A stretch of 49,674 bases of DNA. Origin: Octopus bimaculoides. Its lineage: Eukaryota. The notes beneath the pieces were generated by a model. That model saw only the letters and a list, made by a program, of their open reading frames with translations. It searched no databases and was not told the origin of the DNA. Numbering within the stretch: the first letter of the stretch is position 1; every line of letters starts with the position of its first letter. The stretch lies in NCBI RefSeq assembly GCF_001194135.2, contig NC_068985.1, forward strand, positions 117,941,146 to 117,990,819. The letters are read 5' to 3'. This document shows, in pieces, positions 38,301-46,867 of the stretch. The position numbers and the translations under genes are program-made.

Positions 38301-41300
38301 GGCTGTACCAGGCTCCAATCTGATCTGGCAGAGTTCCTACAGCTGGATGCCCTTCCTAACGCCAGCCACTCTGAGAGTGTAATGGGTGCTTTTTACGTGC
38401 CACCGGCACAAGGGCCAGTCAGGCGGTACTGGCAATGGCCATGCTCAAATGGTGTTTTTTTACATGCCACCTGCACAGGAGCCAGTCCAGCAGCACTGGC
38501 AACGATCTCGCTCAAATGTTTTTTTCACGGGCCACTGGCACAAGTGCCAGTAAGGCAACGCTGGTAATGCTCACACTTGAATAGTGCTTTTTATGTGCCA
38601 CTGGCACGGAAGCCAGTCAGCTGCTCTGGCAGCGATCATGCTCAGATGGTGCTCTTAGCGCTCTACACCTTATAAAATCTCTTCCGTCTGAATATTTCTA
38701 ACTGCCCTCACTACACCCATACCTACTACATCCTCTTTTTGGGTTACCTCTATCTCTTCCCTACCTCAAATTTTAATACCCTGTTTCTTTAAATGTAGGT
38801 TATATGTATTTCTTATCATTTTCTATAAATTCTTATTATTTTGTTTTCTTATTTTGATATCCTTACCTATTAACCTCTCATCCCTTATAAGTTGTTACTG
38901 CTCTTAAATAGATATTTTTCAGCTACTTAAGTCTATGCAAGAGGGTTATACTATACCCATATAAACATATGAAAATTTGTATATGTGTATATATGCGCAT
39001 AACCTATTCACCTCTTATCCCTTATAAAATGCTATATTTCTTGTTCATAAATAGGTACTTTTCAGTTACTTAAGTCTGTGCGAGATGGTTATATTATATC
39101 CATATAAACATATAAATATTTGTGTGTGTACATGTGCGCTAGGAGGTCCACTCCTTCAGAAGAAATCATTCACCATACCATGACACTTCTTCCTCCAAAC
39201 TTGGCAGATTTCTTCAGGCACCTGGATTTTAGCTGATCTCCTGTGAAGCACCTAACATATTGTCTACCATCTAAACCTACGAAATTGAATTTGCTTTCAT
39301 TGCTAAAACAAACTTTTGACCACTTTTCATCCCCCAGATCACACGAGCTTCTGAAAACAAAAGCCTTTCCAATTTGTTGTTCCTGCTGATGGTAGGTTTC
39401 GTTGCCAGGGAATAAGTCTTTCATCCAAATTCCTTCAGATGATGAGACATTGTAAAGCAGCTCACTTCTTTTATTTTCTTAGAAATTCCAGCCGCAGTCT
39501 CGAAAGGATCCTTCAATACATACCATTTCATGGCTCGACCATCTCGCATGGTGGTTTGGCGTGGTCTACCAGTTGCCTTTTTCAGTTCAAAACCTTTAGT
39601 TTCTTCACAGAGCTTGAGAACACATGAAACTACACTCTTAGACCTCCTCACATCTCATGAAATAGCCAAGCGAGTCATTCCTGAAACTTTCATCCAGAGA
39701 AATTCTTTTCAGAGGCTGGAAGTAACTTTAGCAGGCTGTGCCATGTTTGGAAGCTAGCACAATACTGAGAGGGTAGTAACGTTGACCCTGCAAATGTTTG
39801 AAATTTCCAGAAATTTCTGAAGGAATCTAATCATTCTCTTATTTTGCACAAGACATTTGGAGGGAACTAGTTCTAGTGTTATTAACTTTTATGAAGACCA
39901 TTGCACAAACTTAGATTTTTCACATAATTTAGCTAATGGTTAACCGTGTTTACGAAACCAATTGCGAATTTGTACATTAAAAAAAAATATTAATCATTCT
40001 CTTTTTTTGCTCGCTACTATATATGTAAGAGCTTTGTGCTAAACACTGATTTAATCATCACAATTTAGTTGTTTACTAACTCACTAAACACGATTATTCT
40101 CAAAATTAATTAAAACACATCATTAGCATATATAATTAAAGGAAAGAACAATGGAAAATTTTAATCTAGGTTAGCCAAAACCTGTGGATAATGAGTTACA
40201 TGATCATGCACCATACATTGTATCAGACAACAACCTCATTTCTTTGACAAGCTGAACTAAACTGACAAGAATTATGTCTTAGCTATTGTCACAGCTAAAT
40301 CTATGTGATGAATTCGAAGTTGCCATTAAGTATGTATTTGATTGACATTCTTATCACAAGAGGGAGGGACTTTATGACTTAGAGAAGACGATTGGTGGGT
40401 TGGTAGTCTTATCAAGGCAAGCAATTAAAAACTAGTTAAAATATGTGAAACCCAAGTTGATAGAGTGGCGGGGAGAAACTAGCAGATGAATCAATGCTTC
40501 TAGTCCTCAATCCTGATTTCATGTGTTCCTGTCACAGACACCGAGTCAGTTTTCAATTGGTAGTGAAACCCATCCAAGTTGTAAGCATGTTGTTTTTGTT
40601 TTGCTCTAGATCAGCTCCGACCAAGCACACCTATAACACTGTGCAACAAGATTTTTGTCCTTGGGTAGCAACTGTTATTTCCTATTTGCTTACCACGACA
40701 TAGTATGAAAAATGGTTAATATTTCCTTCAAACTTTGCCTTTGTTAAGATATTTATTCAAACCCCAAAGAATCCCTCGCAACACATGGCTATGATGCTGC
40801 CCCACTACTCCTGCTCATTATCAGAGATGCACATATTGTCAGAGACTAAGGGACATACTCAAGTGGTTACAGTAAAACAACTGACAAGCATATCTGTGGT
40901 ATTGAGCAGAATATTTTACTTGACTCAACAGTCAAGTAATTTTTATTTTTAGCTTTATCATAGTTATTATTTTCGTGGGCTTTTTTGTAGTTGTTCATGT
41001 TGCTTATACAATTGTTATTGTTACTGAGGTTATTCCAGTTATAACTTCTATAATTATCATAATAAGAAATAATAATTATCGTACCTGTTCCCATAAATAT
41101 AATAATGACTAAGAAAAATAATCACTTATAATAAAAACGACAGGCCCAGTAACAATAAGAACTATAATAAGCAACAAGGGATACAAAAACCATGGGAACA
41201 ACAACGATAGTGTTAAAAACATAAATAAAAATGAACACAGAAATTTAATGGGAAACATGAATAATGTTAATAATAACAGCAATACTGATTCTAATATTGC

Positions 41301-44300
41301 TAAAACTAAAGGCAGTAAGTTGGAAGAACTGATAGCATGCCAGGCAAAATGCTTAGTGGCATGTCGTCTACTTTTGGCTGTGTGGTAAGTAGCTTGCTTA
41401 CCAACCACATGGTTCTGGGTTCATTCCCACTGCATGGCACCTTGGGCAAGTGTCTTCTACTATAGCCTCGGGCCGACCAAAGCCTTGTGAATGGATTAGG
41501 TAGACGGAAACTGAAAGAAGCCCGTCGTATATATGTATGTATATATATATATATATNNNNNNNNNNNNNNNNNNNNNNNNNNNNNNNNNNNNNNNNNNNN
41601 NNNNNNNNNNNNNNNNNNNNNNNNNNNNNNNNNNNNNNNNNNNNNNNNNNNNNNNNNNNNNNNNNNNNNNNNNNNNNNNNNNNNNNNNNNNNNNNNNNNN
41701 NNNNNNNNNNNNNNNNNNNNNNNNNNNNNNNNNNNNNNNNNNNNNNNNNNNNNNNNNNNNNNNNNNNNNNNNNNNNNNNNNTTATTCTTTGTAAACCTAG
41801 TACTTATTCTATCGGTTTCTTTTGCCGAACCACTAAGTTACGGGGACTATGTGTGTGTATATGTTTGTGTCTGTGTTCCCCCAACATCGCTTGACAACCG
41901 ATGCTGGTGTGTTTACGTCCCCGTAACTTAGCGGTTTGGCAAAAGAGATCAATAGAATAAGTACTAGGCTTCCAAAGAATAAGTCCTGGGGTCGATTTGC
42001 TTGACTAAAGGCGGTGCTCCAGCATGGCCGCAGTCAAATGACTGAAACAAGTAAAAAAGTAAAAGAGTAAAAGAGAGTTCAAATCCCACTGAAGTCAACT
42101 TTGCCTTTCATCCTTTCAGGATTGATAAAAACAAGTACCAGTTGAGGATTGAGGTCGATGTAATCAACTTACCCCATCCCTGAAATTGCTGGCCTTGTGC
42201 CAAAATTTGAAACTGATATTGGTTTCAAATTCTGATACAAGGCCAGTAAGTACAGGAGAGGGATTAAGTCGATTACATCAACTCCAGTGCTCAACTGGTA
42301 CTTACTTTTATCAACCCCAAAAGGATGAAAGGCAAAGTTGACCTCAACAGAATTTGAACTCAAATAATAATAATAATAATAATAATAACAACGATAATAA
42401 TAATCCTTCCTATTATAGGCACAAGGCCTGAAATTTAGGGGGAAGGAACTAGTTATTTACATTGACCCCAGTACATAACTGGTACTTAATTTATCAACCC
42501 TGAAAGGATGAAAGGCAAAGTCAACCTTGGTAGAATTTGAACTTAGACTATAGCAACAGGCAAAATACCACTAGGCATTTCATCCAGTGCATTAGCAATT
42601 CTGCCAGTTTGCCACCTTTATATACTAATAATAATAATAATAATAATGATAATACAGTTAAGGTTAATGGCAGCAAAACTATCTTCATCATCGTATTAAT
42701 GCTCGCTTTCCCATGCTTATTTGAACTCAGAACATAAAGATGGATGAAGTACCACTAGGCATTTTGCCTGATATGCTAACAATTCTGTTAACTAACCACT
42801 TTAGTGATATTTATATCAAGAGTGACAATAAGCCATCTAATAATCCTGATGAGACAAATAGAGCACCCAATGAAGGACATGCAACTCCAAAATACAAACT
42901 AATTGTTTCTTGAGAGGCCTACTGTTTCACTATTGCACTATGATGTTGGGTACAAATATAGAGTTATCAGAACACACTCCAAGTCCACCAGAGTTTACAC
43001 TGGAACAACAAACAACTTTGAGTGCTGATACTTTGCACACCTTAGCTCATTCTCAAACAGTAAATGAAAAATTCTTGACCTCCCTGGTAACATGTCCACC
43101 ACCCAAGAGCTGAAAGAATACTTTATAACCTCCCAGTCTATCAATACTGTAATACCATATCTAGAAAACTAATTAGCATGTAATCTATGCTACCGAAAAT
43201 TCCTAGAAATATTACATGAGAACAAAGACTTCCTCCTTAATAGGTTCTCTGACGTAATTACATTCTGTAATCACTTATCTTACGAAACGTTTACATATTA
43301 GCATAAATCATTATTCTCTGTCGTTGCTGTTAGCACTCCGTCACTTACGACGTCGAGGGTTCCAGTTGATCCGATCAACGGAACAGCCTGCTCGTGAAAT
43401 TAACGTGCAAGTGGCTGAGCACTCCACACACACGTGTACCCTTAACGTAGTTCTCGGCGATAGTCAGCGTGACACAGTGGTGACAAGGCTGAGCCTTTGA
43501 ATTACAGGCACAACAGAAACAGGAAGTAAGAGTGAGAGAAAGTTGTGGTGGAAGAGTACAGCAGGGTTCGCCACCCCCACCCCCCTGCCGGAGCCTTGTG
43601 GAGCTTTAGGTGTTTTCGCTCAATAAACACTCACAACACCCGGTCTGGGAATCGAAACCGCGATCCTATGACCACGAGTCCACTGCCTTAACCACTGGGC
43701 CATTGCGCCTCCCATTATTCTCTAACCAAATTAAGATAAATCTTTGTGTTCTGTCTTGCAGGCACCCTTCTTCTTTCCCCAAAACATTTGTTTTCCACTT
43801 TGCTTTTCCTCTGTCTCCTATGCATGGTTATGTCATTCCTTTCTCTCTCTTGAACTCGATATTCTTTTTATGAAGCACTCAGATCTGTTCTCTGACTTGA
43901 GGGAAATCATGTCTATTATACATTCTCACTTATTCCCCCTCCTCTTCCCTCTAATTAGGAGTTCACGGTCATATATCTCCTACCAACTTTCCCTACTTCC
44001 TTATATATCATACTTATACTTGACACAACCAACACTGCATTACACACACACAAACAAACAAAATGCTTGTTTCTCTACTTTGATAGGGCTTTGAACTGGT
44101 CCACCTCACCATATTTCTCATTAATTAAACTTATAGCTATTGTTTATAACTTTGCACTGAATGACTCACTCTTAACAAACCTACCCTTTCCTTCCTCTCT
44201 CTCTCTCTCTCTCTCTCTTTACCATTCCTTTGATTGCTCAATCCTTCTCCAATATCTCTACCACCCCTCTCAGCTATACCTGACCTTGCCTCACTAACAC

Positions 44301-45399
44301 ACCAACTTCTCATTTCACTTCTGTCTACCCCCACCAACCGTGGAGGCGCAATGGCCCAGTGGTTAGGGCAGCGGACTCGCGGTCATAGGATCACAGTTTC
44401 GGTTCCCAGACTGGGCGTTGTGAGTGTTTAGTGAGCGAAAACACCTAAAGTTCCACGAGGCTCCGGCAGGGGATGGTGGTGAACCCTGCTGTACTCTTTC
44501 ACCACAACTTTCTCTCACTCTTACTTCCTTACTTCCTGTTTCTGTTGTGCTGGTAATTCAAAGGGTCAGCCTTGTCACCACTGTGTCACACTGAATATCC
44601 CCGAGAACTACGCTAAGGGTACACGTGTCTGTGGAGTGCTCAGCCACTTTCACGTTAATTTCACGAGCAGGCTGTTCTGTTGATCGGATCAACTGGAACC
44701 CTCGACGTCGTAATCGACGGAGTGCCAACACACATCTCCATCAACCTATATTTATACCACTCACTACAACCTCCCTACTTTGTATCTCTATCTATCTAAT
44801 TTTGTATCCAATACATATTCCTTAACCCTATCCATCTATCAAACATTCACCTTCATCTTCAGAAGAGAATGCTCCAACACACATGAAGCTATCAGAATCT
44901 GTACAAGTTGACACTTTACTTTCCTTTGATACATAACTACAATATTTTTTTCTACTCTGGGCACAAAGCCCAAAATTTTGGGGGAGAGGGCCAGTCGATT
45001 AGATCGACCCAGTATGCAACTGGTACTTAATTTATCGACCTTGACCTTGGCAGAATTTAAAACCACTAAGCATTTCACCTAGCATGCTAACATTTTTGCC
45101 AGCTCACCACCTTTGACTACAATATTGCTACAATATTGCATAGTAATCAATTTTTATATCAACCAGTCATTGTTTATTCGAAACAGCTGTAAAGATAGAA
45201 GTTGACTACATCATGTAAACTGTATATATAATTTTTTATATAAATACATTTCTTATGAACTTCTTTCATTTGTCATTCTATTTACATACCTGTTCAATTT
45301 CCATCCTTCTCCTAGCTAAGTTTTCTACCTCTGGAAAGAAGAAGTAGGTATTTATGATTCTGCTACCTTTGAGCACTATCTGGTGACTATCTGTACCTT

Positions 45400-45486
<87 letters not shown>

Positions 45487-46491
45487 TACACATATATATA
45501 TTTATGTGTCTGTGTGTGTACATGTTATATACCTTACCAACAGTTGAGGTTGGTAATAGTAAGGGCATCTGTTCATAGGGCATGCAGCTGTAGAAACCAT
45601 GTCAAAATTGACATGGAGACTGTCCAACTCATGCCAGCATAGAAAATAGATGTCAAATGGATGTCAAATGATGATGATGATGATACCTTAGTCACGCATT
45701 CTTCCATTTCAATATGACAGCTTGCTTGGGTCAAAATATTTCACTTCCCTTTGTTAGTCTTCAATGTCAATCTGAATTTTTTTTTTCTCATGGGTTGTTT
45801 GTTTTCTGTTTATAACATTGCTAACAAAGGTGCTCCACTGAAGATCATAGGAATGAATATATTGTATTATACTGACTTATATATGACTGTCTCTCCTGTT
45901 TATATGCATAAAGATATGAAAGTTACTATTATAACACACAGATATCCTTTTCATAACATACATATATACTTATACACATACATATGTGTAAATGAATATA
46001 CATACAGATACATACATATATATATATATATATAACACATATATGTACATACACATATAAACACAAACACACATGTGTATATATAGATGCAACTGTGAAA
46101 ACAAGAAACAAAAAAATAAATCAAAACTGATTGAATACCTCTAAAACTAAGAATATTCACCTTGAAATGAGTGGAATGGTAAACTTCTAGTTTTAATGAT
46201 ATATCTACATAAACATTCAATCCAACCTTGACCTATTTTTAGGACTATGTTTCACTTCACCTACCACATTTAATAAAGGTAAACTCTAGGTCAAGATTCT
46301 TACAAGCATTAACAGTAGCACTCATACCTCCTAAAAAAAAAACACTTTATTCATTCAGTCTGTGGATACACAGAGAAAAATGAAGAGAAAGAGTAAAAAT
46401 AAAATGGTTACTGACTTGTTAGGGCTTTATAGTAGTTTCGAGCAGACAAACTGAGTTGTTTCATGTTTGGTATAAAATTGTCATTTAGGTT
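4201..46491 (-). CDS. BAIAP2: IRSp53/BAIAP2-family gene (I-BAR/IMD + SH3); span of the 12 traced coding exons, first and last exons unresolved
   Basis: Spliced frame of 76+93+62+72+126+66+87+96+142+187+66+139 = 1212 nt, stop-free, with consistent phases. It is collinear with IRSp53 as recalled (N-terminal IMD helices, linker, SH3, post-SH3 STGDLL-like motif). Orthology among BAIAP2/L1/L2 is not resolved; the symbol denotes the family. Confidence 0.93.
5600..6062 (-). mobile_element. Two tandem copies of tRNA-derived SINE family B
   Basis: Repeat ggtacttattttatcgaccccgaaaggatgaaaggcaaagtcgacctc...gaatttgaactcagaa occurs at least 12 times in the window. The central part resembles the Meta-SINE domain (from memory, unverified). 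Confidence 0.8.
6128..6666 (+). mobile_element. 5'-truncated R4/Dong-clade retrotransposon: RLE endonuclease end, 3' UTR and (TAA)n
   Basis: ILWNFPIQ...PDIVIKD...CLLIDMSAP...KYKDL-like...[11 protein letters not shown]...[17 protein letters not shown]. Flanked by (TAA)n. Confidence 0.85.
7077..7142 (-). CDS. BAIAP2: SH3 C-terminal exon: (K)[21 protein letters not shown](+AG)
   Basis: Acceptor ttttgttacag, donor gtacat, 66 nt, phase 2 to 2. GWLPLSFT matches the SH3 end GWFPFSYT. Confidence 0.9.
8360..8705 (-). mobile_element. tRNA-derived SINE (family D-like)
   Basis: tRNA-like head on the minus strand near 8620-8705. Homologous to the plus-strand copy at about 27460-27780. Confidence 0.7.
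9170..9790 (+). mobile_element. Decayed Penelope-like element, GIY-YIG endonuclease region
   Basis: Across frameshifts: [24 protein letters not shown]...[41 protein letters not shown]. Confidence 0.85.
10378..10877 (-). mobile_element. Non-autonomous Helitron-like element (3' terminus at 10378)
   Basis: On the minus strand, hairpin GCCATC-N6-GATGGC (10392-10409) then a 10-nt spacer and CTAG followed by T. Flanked by (TA)n. The 5' TC end was not identified. Confidence 0.6.
11278..11464 (-). CDS. BAIAP2: SH3 exon: (G)[61 protein letters not shown](+AA)
   Basis: Acceptor tctgcactag, donor gtaagt, 187 nt, phase 1 to 2. SH3 signature LSF.E.D.I.L and GWHYG as in IRSp53. Confidence 0.95.
11717..12098 (-). 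mobile_element. tRNA-derived SINE family C
   Basis: Head gtggaggcgcaatggcccagtggttaggg...ggtttcgattccc. Possible TSD gcaagt at 11711-11716 and 12100-12105. Confidence 0.88.
12710..13020 (-). mobile_element. SINE family E 3' part with (GAT)n tail and ~65-bp internal repeats
   Basis: Homologous to 17150-17520, 25800-26090, 36755-37110 and 38218-38665. Confidence 0.75.
13437..13845 (+). mobile_element. SINE family A
   Basis: Near-full-length plus-strand copy ending in the (gagtaaaa)-like tail. Confidence 0.9.
13941..14082 (-). CDS. BAIAP2: Linker exon: [47 protein letters not shown](+G)
   Basis: Acceptor atatttag, donor gtaagt, 142 nt, phase 0 to 1. Open frame whose phases bridge the flanking exons; little sequence similarity expected in a linker. 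Confidence 0.8.
14120..14760. repeat. Degenerate (CAT)n microsatellite with a higher-order ~135-bp duplication
   Basis: Unique words cacaattgtc and catgagtaccat each recur at 132-138 bp spacing. Confidence 0.9.
14831..14926 (-). CDS. BAIAP2: End of IMD exon: [32 protein letters not shown]
   Basis: Acceptor ttttttcttccag, donor gtaagt, 96 nt, phase 0 to 0. The conserved Trp aligns with GKELLAQKLPLWQQACADPSKIP. Confidence 0.88.
15003..15507 (-). mobile_element. Tandem pair of SINE family D copies
   Basis: Two ~250-bp homologous units with tRNA-like heads on the minus strand. Confidence 0.8.
16300..17095 (+). mobile_element. Tandem ~210-bp MITE family F (probable TTAA/piggyBac-type ends ccctttagcatt...aatgctaaaggg); second copy split by SINE A
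   Basis: Homologous to 17500-17665, 25070-25230, 25605-25795, 26115-26335 and 34741-35057. Confidence 0.7.
16578..16982 (-). mobile_element. SINE family A inserted in MITE F
   Basis: Full-length minus-strand copy; the MITE sequence resumes at 16983. Confidence 0.9.
17150..17520 (-). mobile_element. SINE family E with three or more internal ~65-bp repeats
   Basis: Repeated units of gtgccacc.gcac...gccagtc...ctggcaa. Confidence 0.78.
17808..17894 (-). CDS. BAIAP2: IMD exon: [29 protein letters not shown]
   Basis: Acceptor tttgtttctttag, donor gtaaac, 87 nt, phase 0 to 0. Aligns without gaps to ALTEERRRFCFLVEKQCAVAKNSAAYHSK. Confidence 0.9.
18442..18729. mobile_element. piggyBac-type MITE family G with a damaged right TIR
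   Basis: TTAA-CCCATTACCT at 18438. Closely similar to 37143-37419. Right end ggtaggttaa lacks 7 nt of the TIR. Confidence 0.8.
19056..19107 (+). pseudogene. Isolated fragment of the 18S rRNA 3' end (not a functional rRNA gene)
   Basis: AAGTAAAAGTCATAACAAGGTTTCCGTAGGTGAACCTGCGGAAGGATCATTA is the universal 18S 3' terminus with one G to A change (GTCGTA to GTCATA). Confidence 0.95.
19108..19320 (+). other. GC/CpG-rich ITS1-like sequence continuing the 18S fragment
   Basis: Follows GATCATTA directly and is much more GC-rich than its surroundings. The 3' limit is approximate. Confidence 0.7.
19982..22604 (-). mobile_element. Decayed hAT transposon (Buster/SPIN/GTF2IRD2-like transposase pseudogene)
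   Basis: ATG at 22086, zinc-finger-like CLLC...H region, [53 protein letters not shown] and C-terminal STY.C..FFS.M, with stops and frameshifts. One TIR (caaggctgtccaacctgcggcc on the minus strand) ends at 22604, next to the 8-mer tgcTAtac. Confidence 0.93.
21272..21584 (+). mobile_element. SINE family C variant inserted into the hAT transposase
   Basis: tRNA head at 21272, A-rich tail, TSD atgtaccca(c/a)aat at 21259-21271 and 21585-21597. Confidence 0.92.
22855..23290 (-). mobile_element. SINE family A
   Basis: Full-length minus-strand copy with internal (CA)n. Confidence 0.88.
23521..23586 (-). CDS. BAIAP2: IMD exon: [22 protein letters not shown]
   Basis: Acceptor cattttgcag, donor gtaagt, 66 nt, phase 0 to 0. 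Aligns with YIDAISNKQGELENYVSDGYKT. Confidence 0.88.
24467..24592 (-). CDS. BAIAP2: IMD exon with basic tip: [42 protein letters not shown]
   Basis: Acceptor tattccag, donor gtaagt, 126 nt, phase 0 to 0. LKKY..E and K.SDKE motifs and the lysine-rich lipid-binding patch match IRSp53. Confidence 0.95.
25235..25573 (-). mobile_element. SINE family A inserted in an inverted MITE F copy
   Basis: Minus-strand copy with a slightly truncated head; MITE F sequence on both sides. Confidence 0.88.
26851..27018. repeat. AT-rich ~14-bp minisatellite (cattaaataat-core), about 11-12 degenerate units
   Basis: Visible periodic cattaaa(t/c)a units abutting the donor of the 27027-27098 exon. Confidence 0.85.
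27027..27098 (-). CDS. BAIAP2: IMD exon: [24 protein letters not shown]
   Basis: Acceptor gttttattgtag, donor gtaagt, 72 nt, phase 0 to 0. Aligns with LKSFHNELLTQLEQKVELDSRYLS. Confidence 0.9.
28655..28716 (-). CDS. BAIAP2: IMD exon: (G)[20 protein letters not shown]
   Basis: Acceptor tatcttctatag, donor gtaagt, 62 nt, phase 1 to 0. Aligns with GDVLFQMAEVHRQIQNQLEEM. Confidence 0.92.
28911..29504 (-). mobile_element. Internally deleted mariner element with both TIRs
   Basis: TIRs ttgggttgtccggaaagtttgtgccgattt and aaattggcacgaagtttcaggacaacccaa, TA at both sides. N-terminal transposase [22 protein letters not shown]... and WVPHDL motif; the DD34D domain is absent. Confidence 0.93.
29886..30234 (-). 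mobile_element. 5'-truncated R4/Dong-clade retrotransposon, RLE region
   Basis: WYKHHPEAV...[24 protein letters not shown]...[20 protein letters not shown]...[11 protein letters not shown]. Preceded by (TAA)n on its own strand. Confidence 0.88.
31300..31980. repeat. ~680-bp polypurine (GA-rich) tract
   Basis: Almost exclusively G/A on the plus strand, with recurring gagaggagagaaatg(g/a)gg units. Confidence 0.95.
32065..32491 (+). mobile_element. SINE family A, full length
   Basis: Complete head ataggcgcaggagtggctgtgtggtaag through the gagtaaaagagt tail. Confidence 0.92.
33700..34730. repeat. Degenerate (CA)/(TA) low-complexity tract
   Basis: Continuous acac/atat-rich sequence. Confidence 0.9.
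34741..36055 (+). mobile_element. Tandem MITE F pair; second copy split by SINE A (35056-35468) and an RTE fragment
   Basis: MITE sequence resumes at about 35469-35520 and again at about 35975-36055. Confidence 0.7.
35590..35965 (-). mobile_element. RTE-clade LINE RT C-terminal fragment
   Basis: [23 protein letters not shown]...[23 protein letters not shown]...KIRQR.L.L.GHC. Confidence 0.88.
37143..37419. mobile_element. Complete piggyBac-type MITE family G (277 bp)
   Basis: TTAA at 37139-37142, TIRs CCCATTACCT and AGGTAATGGG, TTAA at 37420-37423. Confidence 0.92.
37573..37665 (-). CDS. BAIAP2: IMD exon: (N)[30 protein letters not shown](+G)
   Basis: Acceptor ttttctttgacag, donor gtatag, 93 nt, phase 1 to 1. 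Aligns with GVTYAAKGYFDALVKMGELASESQGSKELG. Confidence 0.9.
38218..38665 (-). mobile_element. SINE family E with four or more internal ~65-bp repeats
   Basis: (CAT)n tail at 38218 and a repeat array at 38385-38660. Confidence 0.8.
39143..40018 (-). mobile_element. Truncated Tc1-family transposon (5' end, HTH and first catalytic Asp region)
   Basis: [19 protein letters not shown]...[21 protein letters not shown]. Two direct repeats in the terminal region (39828-39848, 39991-40010), TA flank. Confidence 0.9.
41378..42075 (+). mobile_element. SINE family A spanning an N-gap, with an inverted internal fragment
   Basis: Head at 41378-41530 and 3' half at 41850-42075; an inverted piece lies at 41782-41847. 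Confidence 0.75.
43323..43712 (-). mobile_element. SINE family C, full length
   Basis: Reverse complement of the 44340-44730 copy. Confidence 0.92.
44340..44730 (+). mobile_element. SINE family C, full length
   Basis: tRNA-like A box TGGCCCAGTGGTTAGG, B-box-like GGTTCCC, complete body. Confidence 0.92.
46416..46491 (-). CDS. BAIAP2: IMD exon: [25 protein letters not shown](+A)
   Basis: Acceptor ctctcttccag, donor gtcagt, 76 nt, phase 0 to 1. Aligns with IRSp53 TIMEQFNPSLRNFIAMGKNYEKALA. Confidence 0.88.
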
Positions 46492-46658
46492 CTGGAAGAG
46501 AGAGAAACATACATATATATATGTATATATATATATATATATNNNNNNNNNNNNNNNNNNNNNNNNNNNNNNNNNNNNNNNNNNNNNNNNNNNNNNNNNN
46601 NNNNNNNNNNNNNNNNNNNNNNNNNNNNNNNNNNNNNNNNNNNNNNNNNATATATATG

Positions 46659-46867
46659 GGAGAATGTACGAAAAAACAACAACAGACGAGGACAGGTGGT
46701 GTAAATAACAAAAGGATGTATTAGTATGATGCTCGGGAATACGGAAAGTCTTTGACGTTTCGAGCTACGCTCTTCAACAGAAAGAATACGGAGACAAGGA
46801 GAAAAACACGGAGAAAAAAAATTGAATAGTGTTCAGTCAACGGTCAATCATAATAATGGCTGACCAG

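Noticed and set aside
42845-42870. CTGATGAG hammerhead-like core
   Set aside because: No stem II or GAAA follows.
45290-45330. AG/GT-bounded 41-nt segment encoding [13 protein letters not shown]
   Set aside because: Phase 1 to 0 is incompatible with the next IMD exon and there is no homology; likely a chance splice-site pair.
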